From a virus (Duplodnaviria; Caudoviricetes): DNA of 64,000 nucleotides. Position numbers and translations under genes: made by a program. How positions within the stretch are numbered: the first letter of the stretch is position 1; each line of letters starts with the position of its first letter. The notes beneath the pieces are model-generated. The model had not been told where the DNA came from and searched no databases. It worked only from the letters and a program-made list of their open reading frames with translations. Positions 27,409 to 35,756 of the stretch are shown here, in pieces. The stretch lies in IMG/VR virus record IMGVR_UViG_3300020460_000012; one strand, 5' to 3'.

Positions 27409-30081
27409 TTAAGTTCCAAAATCAAATAAGCTGTTAAATGTATTGTGTTGCTTTGTATCTTCAAGTGGGTAATCAAGCACACCAATTAAATTGTCAAGTT
27501 TGTTATCAATTATAGTTTCAGCCATTGCGGCATCATCAAACGGAAGTTCTTTAAACCAATCAGGAATATGTAATTCATCTGTTGGATATGCTACACTTGT
27601 ATAACCTAACGGGTTTTGTTTTAGCTTACACACAATTACTTTCATACCATCTACAATTTCTTGAGAATATTTGTCGCCGTTCATACGTTTAAGTGTATTC
27701 CAATTAATGCTCGCTCTTACATGGCCAGGCATATTTGCCTTTCCCTGTTTCTCCTCCAGTCTCTGATAGTGACCAATTTTATTTGCACGTTTCGGCGAAC
27801 CTTTTTCCCAGCCAGGACGTTCACTGAATTCTTTTCTGAATACAGTAATACGTTCTAGTACATCTTCTTGAGGTGCATTTGTAAGTACCATAAGTAGTAA
27901 TTCACTGAGAAACTCTTGCATAAAAACAGGAGTATCTGATCTACGCAAGTCTAAGCCCATTGCTTTTACTTTTCCTGCTTTACCATCTACGTCTGTTCTA
28001 AAACCTTCGTTATCAATAACCAGTGCCGCATAACGTTTTTTTGTAATATATAATCCGCTTTCAGCAACAATCTCTCTACCTGCCGCAATTACATCTGATC
28101 GTGTCTTTGGACAATGGAATGCTTGTAACATGAACTTTTCAAATGTAGTATTTGCCGCTTCGCATACTTGATCATATAAAGTAATTACGTTGTCTTTCGA
28201 CCAAGGAATCTTTTTGCTTTCAATATCATTTTTCAATGTAGGATATGCACTAAAGTAACAAGAGTCAGTATCACCATAAATCATAGCTTCGCCAACATGA
28301 TCATACTTTCCAGTAATTACTTTGTTTACTTCTGCTGACATATGCTTTACAATAGTTCTACCTGTCAGTGTAGTAGACTGACCAATACGTTTATCGAAAA
28401 AACGACAGCCAGGGTTGAGAATAGCGCCGTACAAGCTATTAAGATTAATTTTTTTAACAAGTTGTCTTTTGTCCCAGTACTCTGTTTCGATTGCATTTCC
28501 AGCATCCTTTGCTTTTTTAAGTTGTGCTTGTAGTTCTTTACGTTCGCTATACCAACGTTTTAGCAGTCCAGGAATAACACCTTCATGCTCTGTAGTAAAA
28601 ATTGTACCATTCGAACTTAGCATCCAAGGTTTGTTACTATCAAAGATAATTTTGTAAAGTTCTGCACCACTTACTACTTCAGTATTACCATTTTCAAAGT
28701 CAACTGTTAGTGCAACATCTTTACGTTGATCCATAACTGCATCATATTCCTCTGTAGCAAATTTACCTTCCCAACTCCCTGCAAATGATTTCTTCTTTAA
28801 AGTTGTATCTTCGTGTACACGAGCTTCACTTATTTCAGGACGTATTTGTCCTACGATAGTTGCTGGATCCATATTTAATGCACGAATAACACTCGGATAT
28901 AGACTGTTTAAGTCCATACTACCTATCCATTTATGAAGTCCTTTTTTAGGAAATGCAACATACGCACCTGCCGCGGCTGTGTTTTCGCTATCATCTCTTT
29001 TAGGTCTATTTGGAACTTGCATGCCTCTATGATGTGCTTCATTAACAATAGCTTGTTCTGTAACTGCTACTGCACCCATTGTGGTCTGTAGCAAAACAGT
29101 ATTTGCATGTGCAAGTTCGTTACTTAGATCAATGAATCTTAGTTTTTTGTCCAGCTTGTCCAGTAGTGCGGTATCTTGTATGTTGTATTCAATGAATTTT
29201 CTAAAGTCATTGTTGTACAATTGATCCAAAGTTCCTTCATAAGGCACTTTGTTCTCACCAACTTCGATTTCACCAATAGCATCAAGTCTATAACTGTGTC
29301 TTTCTTCATATGTGTATTTACGATATAATTCTAAACTATCTAAATGCACTCTGCCTATTAGGTCAAAGGTAACAGCTGATTTTCCATACTTTTCATACTC
29401 ACGTTTTTTAGGCAGTTGTCCCCATAAGCAAAATCTTCTTGTATCGTCTTTACTTAATACTCTACTTGTTCTATTTACTGTGTAAGGAATATCATATCCT
29501 TCACTATTCCAACCACTTAGTATGTCAGCATCTTCAATTAGTGTTAAAAAAGTATCGATCATTTCGCTTTCTTTTTCAAAAAGCATTACATTATCAATAC
29601 CTTCAAGTTCTTTTTTAGCTTGATCCATTGTAAGGGTCTTTGGAGGGACTGCCAAGCAGACCATTGTTTCTAGCCACTGTAAATATACAGCAATAGAGGT
29701 AATAGGCATAAATGGATCAGCAGGATCAGCAAAACCTCTCTCTGGATCAAAGTCAGTCTCGATATCAAAGAATGCAATGTTTAGTTTTGGTGCATCTTGA
29801 TTAAGATAATTTTCGCTTAAACATTGGAATATAGGATTAATGTCGCTTTCGAAAAGTTGTTTGTCTCGATTAATTGCAACTTCTTTACGAAAGTCTTTTG
29901 TGTTTTTGCAAACAATTCGACTCAAAGGGTCATCATATATACTTCTATATTTGCCTCTTTGGTCTTTATAATAGAATGTGTACTTTGCCTGATATTCAGT
30001 ATAATGTCTTTTGCCTTCTTTACGCTCAACGACTCTAATAATGTCAGAGTCCCTATCAAATAGTGCGTCTACGTAACTCAA
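27409..30081 (-). CDS. Family B DNA polymerase with 3'-5' exonuclease
   Basis: FDIETD (ExoI), DLNSLYP, KINLNSLYG and YGDTDS motifs. Probable TTG start at 30081 with AGGAG SD. Confidence 0.97.
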   Translation of the reverse strand: MSYVDALFDRDSDIIRVVERKEGKRHYTEYQAKYTFYYKDQRGKYRSIYDDPLSRIVCKNTKDFRKEVAINRDKQLFESDINPIFQCLSENYLNQDAPKLNIAFFDIETDFDPERGFADPADPFMPITSIAVYLQWLETMVCLAVPPKTLTMDQAKKELEGIDNVMLFEKESEMIDTFLTLIEDADILSGWNSEGYDIPYTVNRTSRVLSKDDTRRFCLWGQLPKKREYEKYGKSAVTFDLIGRVHLDSLELYRKYTYEERHSYRLDAIGEIEVGENKVPYEGTLDQLYNNDFRKFIEYNIQDTALLDKLDKKLRFIDLSNELAHANTVLLQTTMGAVAVTEQAIVNEAHHRGMQVPNRPKRDDSENTAAAGAYVAFPKKGLHKWIGSMDLNSLYPSVIRALNMDPATIVGQIRPEISEARVHEDTTLKKKSFAGSWEGKFATEEYDAVMDQRKDVALTVDFENGNTEVVSGAELYKIIFDSNKPWMLSSNGTIFTTEHEGVIPGLLKRWYSERKELQAQLKKAKDAGNAIETEYWDKRQLVKKINLNSLYGAILNPGCRFFDKRIGQSTTLTGRTIVKHMSAEVNKVITGKYDHVGEAMIYGDTDSCYFSAYPTLKNDIESKKIPWSKDNVITLYDQVCEAANTTFEKFMLQAFHCPKTRSDVIAAGREIVAESGLYITKKRYAALVIDNEGFRTDVDGKAGKVKAMGLDLRRSDTPVFMQEFLSELLLMVLTNAPQEDVLERITVFRKEFSERPGWEKGSPKRANKIGHYQRLEEKQGKANMPGHVRASINWNTLKRMNGDKYSQEIVDGMKVIVCKLKQNPLGYTSVAYPTDELHIPDWFKELPFDDAAMAETIIDNKLDNLIGVLDYPLEDTKQHNTFNSLFDFGT

Positions 30082-30188
30082 TTTTTTCTCCTCGTTGCTT
30101 TTGGCCAACTTAACCGTCTACATGCCCTGTGGGCGATATTGTACTTATTCAAGTATTTTACCTTGTAAAGTATTTGTGGTTGTAATCA

Positions 30189-30467
30189 TTAATTTACCAC
30201 AATTTGTATTAACGCAATAGTATTCATTACAACAAACCAACTACATAAGAAAATTGTAAATGCGGCCTTTCTTATCACTGTGCTTATCAAGCCCAATATA
30301 CTTCCTATTAAGTACATAGGAATAAAAATTTCAGTAGCAGGATCTAGCACTGTCCAAGTTAGCACCGCACTAGCACTTACTAAAAATAAAGTTTCAAAAA
30401 ACTCACAGTAAAATGCAAACGGACTTAGCCGGTAGCTTTCCTTAAAATATCTAACGACTCCATTCAC
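30189..30467 (-). CDS. Small multi-pass membrane protein
   Basis: Three hydrophobic segments. Confidence 0.65.
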   Translation of the reverse strand: MNGVVRYFKESYRLSPFAFYCEFFETLFLVSASAVLTWTVLDPATEIFIPMYLIGSILGLISTVIRKAAFTIFLCSWFVVMNTIALIQIVVN

Positions 30468-30724
30468 TTATCTTTACCCACTGTCACAACTAAAGTTTCA
30501 AGATCGTCAAAAGCGTCGGCATGTGCCGCCCAATCGCCTTTTTGTGCAATTTTGATTGCTTTGTTTATAAGAGTGGGTTTAATGTCTAATTCTTCAGCAA
30601 CTGCTTTTACAGTTTCTTTTAGACCCGTGTTTAAATCTTCTATTTCTTGTAATACTGTAACACCTTCGTTCACAAGGCGTTCTAATTTGGCCTTCTCTTC
30701 AGGTCCATAAGTACGATCACTCAT
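30464..30724 (-). CDS. DsbA/GapR-like dsDNA-binding protein
   Basis: Helical EIEDL..LKETVKAVAEELDIKP..INKAIK pattern. Confidence 0.6.
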   Translation of the reverse strand: MSDRTYGPEEKAKLERLVNEGVTVLQEIEDLNTGLKETVKAVAEELDIKPTLINKAIKIAQKGDWAAHADAFDDLETLVVTVGKDK

Positions 30725-30758
30725 AATTCCTCCATTAGGTATTTGTGTAATTGTATCT

Positions 30759-30787
30759 ATTATACTACAATTTTATGAGGTTGTCAA
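30759..30787 (-). promoter_or_regulatory. Sigma70-like promoter
   Basis: TTGACA-17-TATAAT. Confidence 0.75.
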
Positions 30788-30790
30788 CTA

Positions 30791-31687
30791 TTATTTTGCT
30801 TTAAGTGCCGCCCAGAGTTGGGACTTGATAGATTCTGTAGCGTAATCTTTTTTATGTTTTGTAATACCTGCTTTGGCATCTTTTTTCTTATCTTTATGCT
30901 TACCAGCGGCTCCACTTTTACGTAAAGCTTCCATATCACGCCAATTTGGATCTCTAGCTTTCATAAGTTTTGGCTTCTTTTTGCCTTCTACAAATTCTTT
31001 TATTACATCTTCAAGATAAGCTATTCTTGCTTCTAATGCTTCAATAGTACCAGTGCCTGCTTTTGCGTCTACTAATGTAAACTTTTTACCATTTACCGAC
31101 ATTATTTGTTTACGGCTTATAGCGTAAGTAGCACCTTTCATATTAAGTTGGATTTGTGGTTTGCCTTCACCATCAACTTTGCCTTGGATTAGGTCAACTA
31201 CAGGTACATCTTTTCTAAATTGTCCTTTTGCATTCTTATATGAAACTAGATCACCTTTAGCTAAAGTATGACCTTCTTTACTTGTTGGCCAATCACCACC
31301 TTGTGGCTTTGGTGCAGGTTCTCCTGGTTTTGGCTTTGGTGCAGGTGTAGTACCTTTTACAGGAGCAGGCTTATCTTTTGGAGCATCTAATTTAACATTA
31401 AGTGCATCTACTTTGTTATAATTTTTAAAACCATGTTTAATAGCATCTAACGGAGTAGCTTCATTCAATTGCACTCCGGCAAGTTTAGCAAAATCGCTAA
31501 CACTATAATCTTTATCTACTGGAACCGATCCTGGTTCAACTTCTACAGTTTCTGTAATTGTTTTATTTAAAACTTCATGTCCAGAGGGTGCTTCTCCTTC
31601 AGCCATCTCTCTAATTTTTCGTATATCTTCCGCAGGATCTGCAGGATCAAGTTCAAATAACTTTTGTTGGAGTGCATGATAATCCAT
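30791..31687 (-). CDS. Putative internal head/cargo protein
   Basis: Recurrent x-x-E junctions (KLFE, LNE, VEG, ATE) flanking Lys-rich and Pro-rich modules. Confidence 0.55.
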   Translation of the reverse strand: MDYHALQQKLFELDPADPAEDIRKIREMAEGEAPSGHEVLNKTITETVEVEPGSVPVDKDYSVSDFAKLAGVQLNEATPLDAIKHGFKNYNKVDALNVKLDAPKDKPAPVKGTTPAPKPKPGEPAPKPQGGDWPTSKEGHTLAKGDLVSYKNAKGQFRKDVPVVDLIQGKVDGEGKPQIQLNMKGATYAISRKQIMSVNGKKFTLVDAKAGTGTIEALEARIAYLEDVIKEFVEGKKKPKLMKARDPNWRDMEALRKSGAAGKHKDKKKDAKAGITKHKKDYATESIKSQLWAALKAK

Positions 31688-32166
31688 TATTTTTTTCTTT
31701 TGCCAGAAGCTTTCCCAGCATGTACAGCTTTACGATGTGCGGCTGATTTAAACTTACCTTCTAGTTTTGCATGTAGTTGCTCTTTGTAAGTTTTTTCTTC
31801 CGGTATACTATCATCGTTGCAATTACAGTGTTTGCAGTTTGGAGGACATTCGCAGTCTTCTCTTTTTACATCACTACCGCAACACTCATCTTTGCAATGT
31901 GTATCTTTTTGTGATTCTGACATTGGGCTATTTTCATAATCTAAATGATGATAAACAGAACCTAGCATTTCACTAGCTTTTGTAATTTTAGATTGTATCC
32001 AACCTTCAAGGCCATCAGCTTCGCTTACATTTTTAAGCATCTCGTGAAGCTTTATTGAATACTTTGCGGATTTGTAAAGCTGAGCACGGGCCATTTGCAC
32101 TTCGTGATCTCTTTCAGCAATGTCTGCTAGTTCGCCTAATCCTTCTTCTATTTCTGCTTTTCTCAT
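31687..32166 (-). CDS. Putative internal head protein with Cys-rich module
   Basis: N-terminal MRKAEIEE; internal CKDECCGS..CECPPNCKHCNC. Confidence 0.6.
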   Translation of the reverse strand: MRKAEIEEGLGELADIAERDHEVQMARAQLYKSAKYSIKLHEMLKNVSEADGLEGWIQSKITKASEMLGSVYHHLDYENSPMSESQKDTHCKDECCGSDVKREDCECPPNCKHCNCNDDSIPEEKTYKEQLHAKLEGKFKSAAHRKAVHAGKASGKRKK

Positions 32167-32193
32167 TTTAGGTTCCCGTTGTTCTATACGTAT

Positions 32194-32412
32194 TTATCGT
32201 TTTATAGCCTTGCCGCCCATTACGTTGGCCTTGAGATCTAGTGCATTTTTAGCTGTGCCGTCTGAATTTGTAGCTTGCGGTGCTTCAGGTGCTCCATACT
32301 TGCCTTTTTTCTTTACTTTGCGTTTTGCTCCAGGCACACTTGCAATGGTTGCAATACTACCCGCGACGGTTACACCAGATTCACTAGTTTCTAATATTTC
32401 TTTAATTTTCAT
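32194..32412 (-). CDS. Small basic putative internal head protein
   Basis: N-terminal MKIKEILE followed by a Lys-rich body. Confidence 0.6.
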   Translation of the reverse strand: MKIKEILETSESGVTVAGSIATIASVPGAKRKVKKKGKYGAPEAPQATNSDGTAKNALDLKANVMGGKAIKR

Positions 32413-32493
32413 TTAGCACCCGCAATCAGAACCTGCACAAGTGCAGGGTGAGCAAGTACAATTTTCGCATTTGCAATTTGGATTTGCACACAT
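32413..32493 (-). CDS. Metallothionein-like 26-aa peptide (not in ORF track)
   Basis: AAGGAG SD; MCANPNCKCENCTCSPCTCAGSDCGC with 9 Cys; the stop abuts the next ATG. Confidence 0.8.
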   Translation of the reverse strand: MCANPNCKCENCTCSPCTCAGSDCGC

Positions 32494-32512
32494 AATAAAT
32501 CTCCTTATAATA

Positions 32513-32520
32513 TATTTATC
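32513..32520 (-). promoter_or_regulatory. Late-promoter-like GATAAATA
   Basis: Same octamer occurs in short intergenic gaps at 13312, 32191, 38502, 46160, 55445 and 60883. Confidence 0.55.
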
Positions 32521-32524
32521 CTAA

Positions 32525-32815
32525 TTATTTTCTTTTGCCACGAAATCTTCTTACGTGTCCTTCGTAAAAAATCATGGTATACCAAGGTGCATTTCTAGGC
32601 ATTTTTCTTGTATATTCCCACGCCACATTGTTTTTATCAATCCATACTACATGATAACCTGCCCACCTACGAGAAGGATACCATTCTGTACTGCCGCCTT
32701 TTGTAATGAGTTGTTCGAGGGTCCAATGATAACAATTATTTTTTTTAGTAAAAAACCTTACAGGCCAAAACCAAAAAAAGATAGCTATGATTAAGCCTGT
32801 ATTAACCAATTTCAT
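32525..32815 (-). CDS. Hypothetical membrane-anchored protein
   Basis: N-terminal hydrophobic segment; Trp/Tyr-rich. Confidence 0.55.
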   Translation of the reverse strand: MKLVNTGLIIAIFFWFWPVRFFTKKNNCYHWTLEQLITKGGSTEWYPSRRWAGYHVVWIDKNNVAWEYTRKMPRNAPWYTMIFYEGHVRRFRGKRK

Positions 32816-32826
32816 GTAAGTAATTA

Positions 32827-35112
32827 TTATTTTTTAGAGCGACCGCTTTTCATATTGGCGCACCAATGATACATAGCACGTTTTTCGCCTGAGGAATTTT
32901 TGGCTCTTTTACGTAAATCAGTGACAGAACCTTTACAACTTGCACCTGAACGTTTCACACGTCCTGGTCTGCTTTTGCCTTTTTTCTTACCATCTGCAAA
33001 ATTTTCGGTTGCAGGTTCTTTGATTTTTTGTTTTATTTCTTTTGCTGTCCTTTGGAACTTGTAATCTTTGTATTTAAAACCTATACCACCAGCGTTTTCC
33101 CAGGACTCTATATTTTTGCCAAAGTCATCTATTAGTATATTAGGTGTGCCGTCTTTTTGTGTTGCAAATTGTGCTTTGTTATGTGTTACAAAAACATTTT
33201 TTGGCGGAAAAAAACTTAAATTATTTTTAATCCATTCACGTTTGTGTGGTTCGCTACGTGGATCATCTGCTAGTGGACTGGTACATATACTATAACTACC
33301 TTTTACTTGTTTTATTAATCCTAATAGCTCTTTTGCTTTAGGAAGTAATGGTAAATTTAACCAAAAGTCATCTATATCTTTGATATCACCTATTGCTTGT
33401 GCAGGATCTTTTATATCTTTCCAATTATCAACGCCTTGTGACTTTGACCATTCACCGAAAAAGTCAGCAAGTACACCATCCATGTCTACATAAATTTCAG
33501 AGTTTTTTTTTATTTCGCCTAAAGCTTCCCTAAGACTTTCATCTACGTGACCGTCATCACCGTGCTTATCTGCGTCTTGTGTTTTATAACCTATACGATT
33601 TAAATGCTTTTTTAAATGTTTCTTTTCTTTTTCTCCACCAAAAGGAACAACCATTACATCTGGTTCATCTCTGTTTGCTCCTTTTTTTACACTCTTGATA
33701 TTAGCAACATGCTTTCCTATACGAAGAAAGTCATAAGCAGTATCTGCTTTTGTAAGAAAAGTATTCTTTGGATTCTTAAAATGATCTGCTTCAAATATTT
33801 CTAGTATTTTTTCTAGTGTAAAAGGTAATCTAGCAACATCTGCTTCTTTAATTCCTAACATTTGTAGTGCAGTATATCTATGATGTCCGTTTACTATTCT
33901 ATTTTTACTATCTATAATAATAGGATTATAGTCGCCTGCAACAATATTGTCAACTTGTTTTTTAAAATTTTCTAGTATACGTTCCTCTTGTACAGGAATA
34001 AGCTTTTTTATATCTATAGTTTCAAGACTATGTTTGATATTTTCAAGTTGCTTGTTTTTAATTTGCGGTAGTTCGTTTCTAGTGTAATTTGATTTAAGTT
34101 TACGTTTTTTTTTAGGTTTCTTATCTAATGAAAGTTTTTTAACATTCATATATTCACCACCAACAGGAACATCCTTTGTAGCATTTTGTTTTGTTACAAT
34201 GCCAACACCGTATTCTTTAACTTTGTTTTTTACATTTTTAGCTTTACCGCGTCTATCTGGATTAGGATCTTTTTTCCTTTTGCGTTTAACAGCATTTGCT
34301 ATAGCTTTTTTGCCACCACTTGATCTTAGACTTGCGGCTTTTGACTTACTTAAACACTTTGGCTTGCCCTCACCAGGTTTAGAATCACCACACTTACCTA
34401 TACGCTCACCTTTAGTGTTATATCTATCCCAGCCGCCACCACCTGCACCGCCTTTTTTACCTTTACCAAACCATGCACGTAGATCTTCCTTTACGAGATA
34501 TCCAGTATCGTCTACATAATGTCCTGGAGGTATGGGTTTACATTGCTTACTATCGTTACAGTAGTATTCACCGTCTTTACATTGTTCAGAGTTTTTTTTT
34601 ATTTCGCCTGTTGTGCCTTCGAACATTTGGTCATTCATATCTAGCCATTGCATCAAAGGATAAAGTGTATTGACTACTAAATTAGCAAAAGCTGCCGCAC
34701 CCATATGATCATTGCTATGCTGTAAATCGGGTTTGTAAATTCTTTCCATTTTTTTAGCTTCGCCCCGTAAAGCCATTACATCTTTTAAAATAGGTTTTAA
34801 TTTGTCAGGAGCACCTGCAGGAAATCCGCCTAATTTGTTTTCCATCCAAGTATATACGTCATATACATCGTTTACATATTCATTTGGTAGATTGCCTTTG
34901 TATTCTTGTTGCCCTCTTTCAAGCTGTTTTCCTTTACCTCTAAGTTGGGCAAGTACTTCTATAGCATCTCTTGTGCTACTAATACTAGCTTCTTCAAGGT
35001 CTGCTTCATTTTTTACACAATTAGGCACACGTTTTCCGAACATAGTTTTCATGCCCTTCTTTTTGTAGCCCTTCCAGCAACGTGTTCCTTCTTTGAAATC
35101 ACTGTATCTCAT
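32827..35112 (-). CDS. Modular polyprotein: basic Cys modules, ParB/Srx-like domain and HAD 5'(3')-deoxyribonucleotidase
   Basis: IIIDSKNRIVNGHHRY (ParB-like), IYVDMDGVLADF...LIDD (HAD), separated by Glu junctions. Confidence 0.8.
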   Translation of the reverse strand: MRYSDFKEGTRCWKGYKKKGMKTMFGKRVPNCVKNEADLEEASISSTRDAIEVLAQLRGKGKQLERGQQEYKGNLPNEYVNDVYDVYTWMENKLGGFPAGAPDKLKPILKDVMALRGEAKKMERIYKPDLQHSNDHMGAAAFANLVVNTLYPLMQWLDMNDQMFEGTTGEIKKNSEQCKDGEYYCNDSKQCKPIPPGHYVDDTGYLVKEDLRAWFGKGKKGGAGGGGWDRYNTKGERIGKCGDSKPGEGKPKCLSKSKAASLRSSGGKKAIANAVKRKRKKDPNPDRRGKAKNVKNKVKEYGVGIVTKQNATKDVPVGGEYMNVKKLSLDKKPKKKRKLKSNYTRNELPQIKNKQLENIKHSLETIDIKKLIPVQEERILENFKKQVDNIVAGDYNPIIIDSKNRIVNGHHRYTALQMLGIKEADVARLPFTLEKILEIFEADHFKNPKNTFLTKADTAYDFLRIGKHVANIKSVKKGANRDEPDVMVVPFGGEKEKKHLKKHLNRIGYKTQDADKHGDDGHVDESLREALGEIKKNSEIYVDMDGVLADFFGEWSKSQGVDNWKDIKDPAQAIGDIKDIDDFWLNLPLLPKAKELLGLIKQVKGSYSICTSPLADDPRSEPHKREWIKNNLSFFPPKNVFVTHNKAQFATQKDGTPNILIDDFGKNIESWENAGGIGFKYKDYKFQRTAKEIKQKIKEPATENFADGKKKGKSRPGRVKRSGASCKGSVTDLRKRAKNSSGEKRAMYHWCANMKSGRSKK
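33496..33520. repeat. 25-bp direct repeat, copy 1
   Basis: TTCAGAGTTTTTTTTTATTTCGCCT, identical to 34585-34609. Confidence 0.85.
34585..34609. repeat. 25-bp direct repeat, copy 2
   Basis: Identical to 33496-33520; both encode GEIKKNSE in the same ORF. Confidence 0.85.
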
Positions 35113-35303
35113 TTTTTTGACTTATTCCCCCAGTTTTTTGCGCCTACTTTACGACAACGTACTAATGCACCACTTGCATATGCACTTGGCCAAACTTTAT
35201 AGCGACTTTTAACTTTGTGATAACAAGCATCTTTTTTGCCAGCGGCTTCATCAAATTCTGCTTCTGTTACAAGTTTTTGTTCTGTTACTTCATTTGTTTT
35301 CAT
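35109..35303 (-). CDS. Small basic protein (DUF5872-like), putative internal head protein
   Basis: MKTNEVTE..TEAEFDEA then KKDACYHKVK..WPSAYASGALVRCRK. Confidence 0.7.
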   Translation of the reverse strand: MKTNEVTEQKLVTEAEFDEAAGKKDACYHKVKSRYKVWPSAYASGALVRCRKVGAKNWGNKSKK

Positions 35304-35304
35304 T

Positions 35305-35550
35305 TTACCAAACCTTCTTAATATGATATTCTATCGGCTTCAAAAATTTCAATTCATTCCTATTATTATCTAGATCTTTAAAAATAATGTGCTTTGGTGT
35401 TACCTTTATTAATTTCTTTGCTTTGTATTTAACCTGTTTTGTGGATTCAGTCCTAGTTCCGTCAGCATGAACCAATGTATCGTTTGGTACTGTTAATATA
35501 AGTTCATACTCTTCTTTAGTAACTCGTTGCCACCAAGTTCTTAAGCTCAT
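35305..35550 (-). CDS. Hypothetical protein
   Basis: 81-aa ORF coupled within the operon. Confidence 0.6.
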   Translation of the reverse strand: MSLRTWWQRVTKEEYELILTVPNDTLVHADGTRTESTKQVKYKAKKLIKVTPKHIIFKDLDNNRNELKFLKPIEYHIKKVW

Positions 35551-35756
35551 TACTTCCTTCCTCTAAATGTTGCCCCTGTCATATAAGGCTTGCTAAACCA
35601 TAGTTCAAACCATTCCTTATCTCCAGGCTTAATATTGTTTTCCTTTTCTTTCTTTTTTAGCTCATTTGCAGTTTTACTCATATTCTCCAAAGTATATTCT
35701 GTGTAACCTTTAAATTCATTTACACCTGCTAGTTCTTTTAAACGTTCAATATTCAT
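35550..35756 (-). CDS. Small putative internal head protein
   Basis: N-terminal MNIERLKELAGVNE. Confidence 0.6.
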   Translation of the reverse strand: MNIERLKELAGVNEFKGYTEYTLENMSKTANELKKKEKENNIKPGDKEWFELWFSKPYMTGATFRGRK

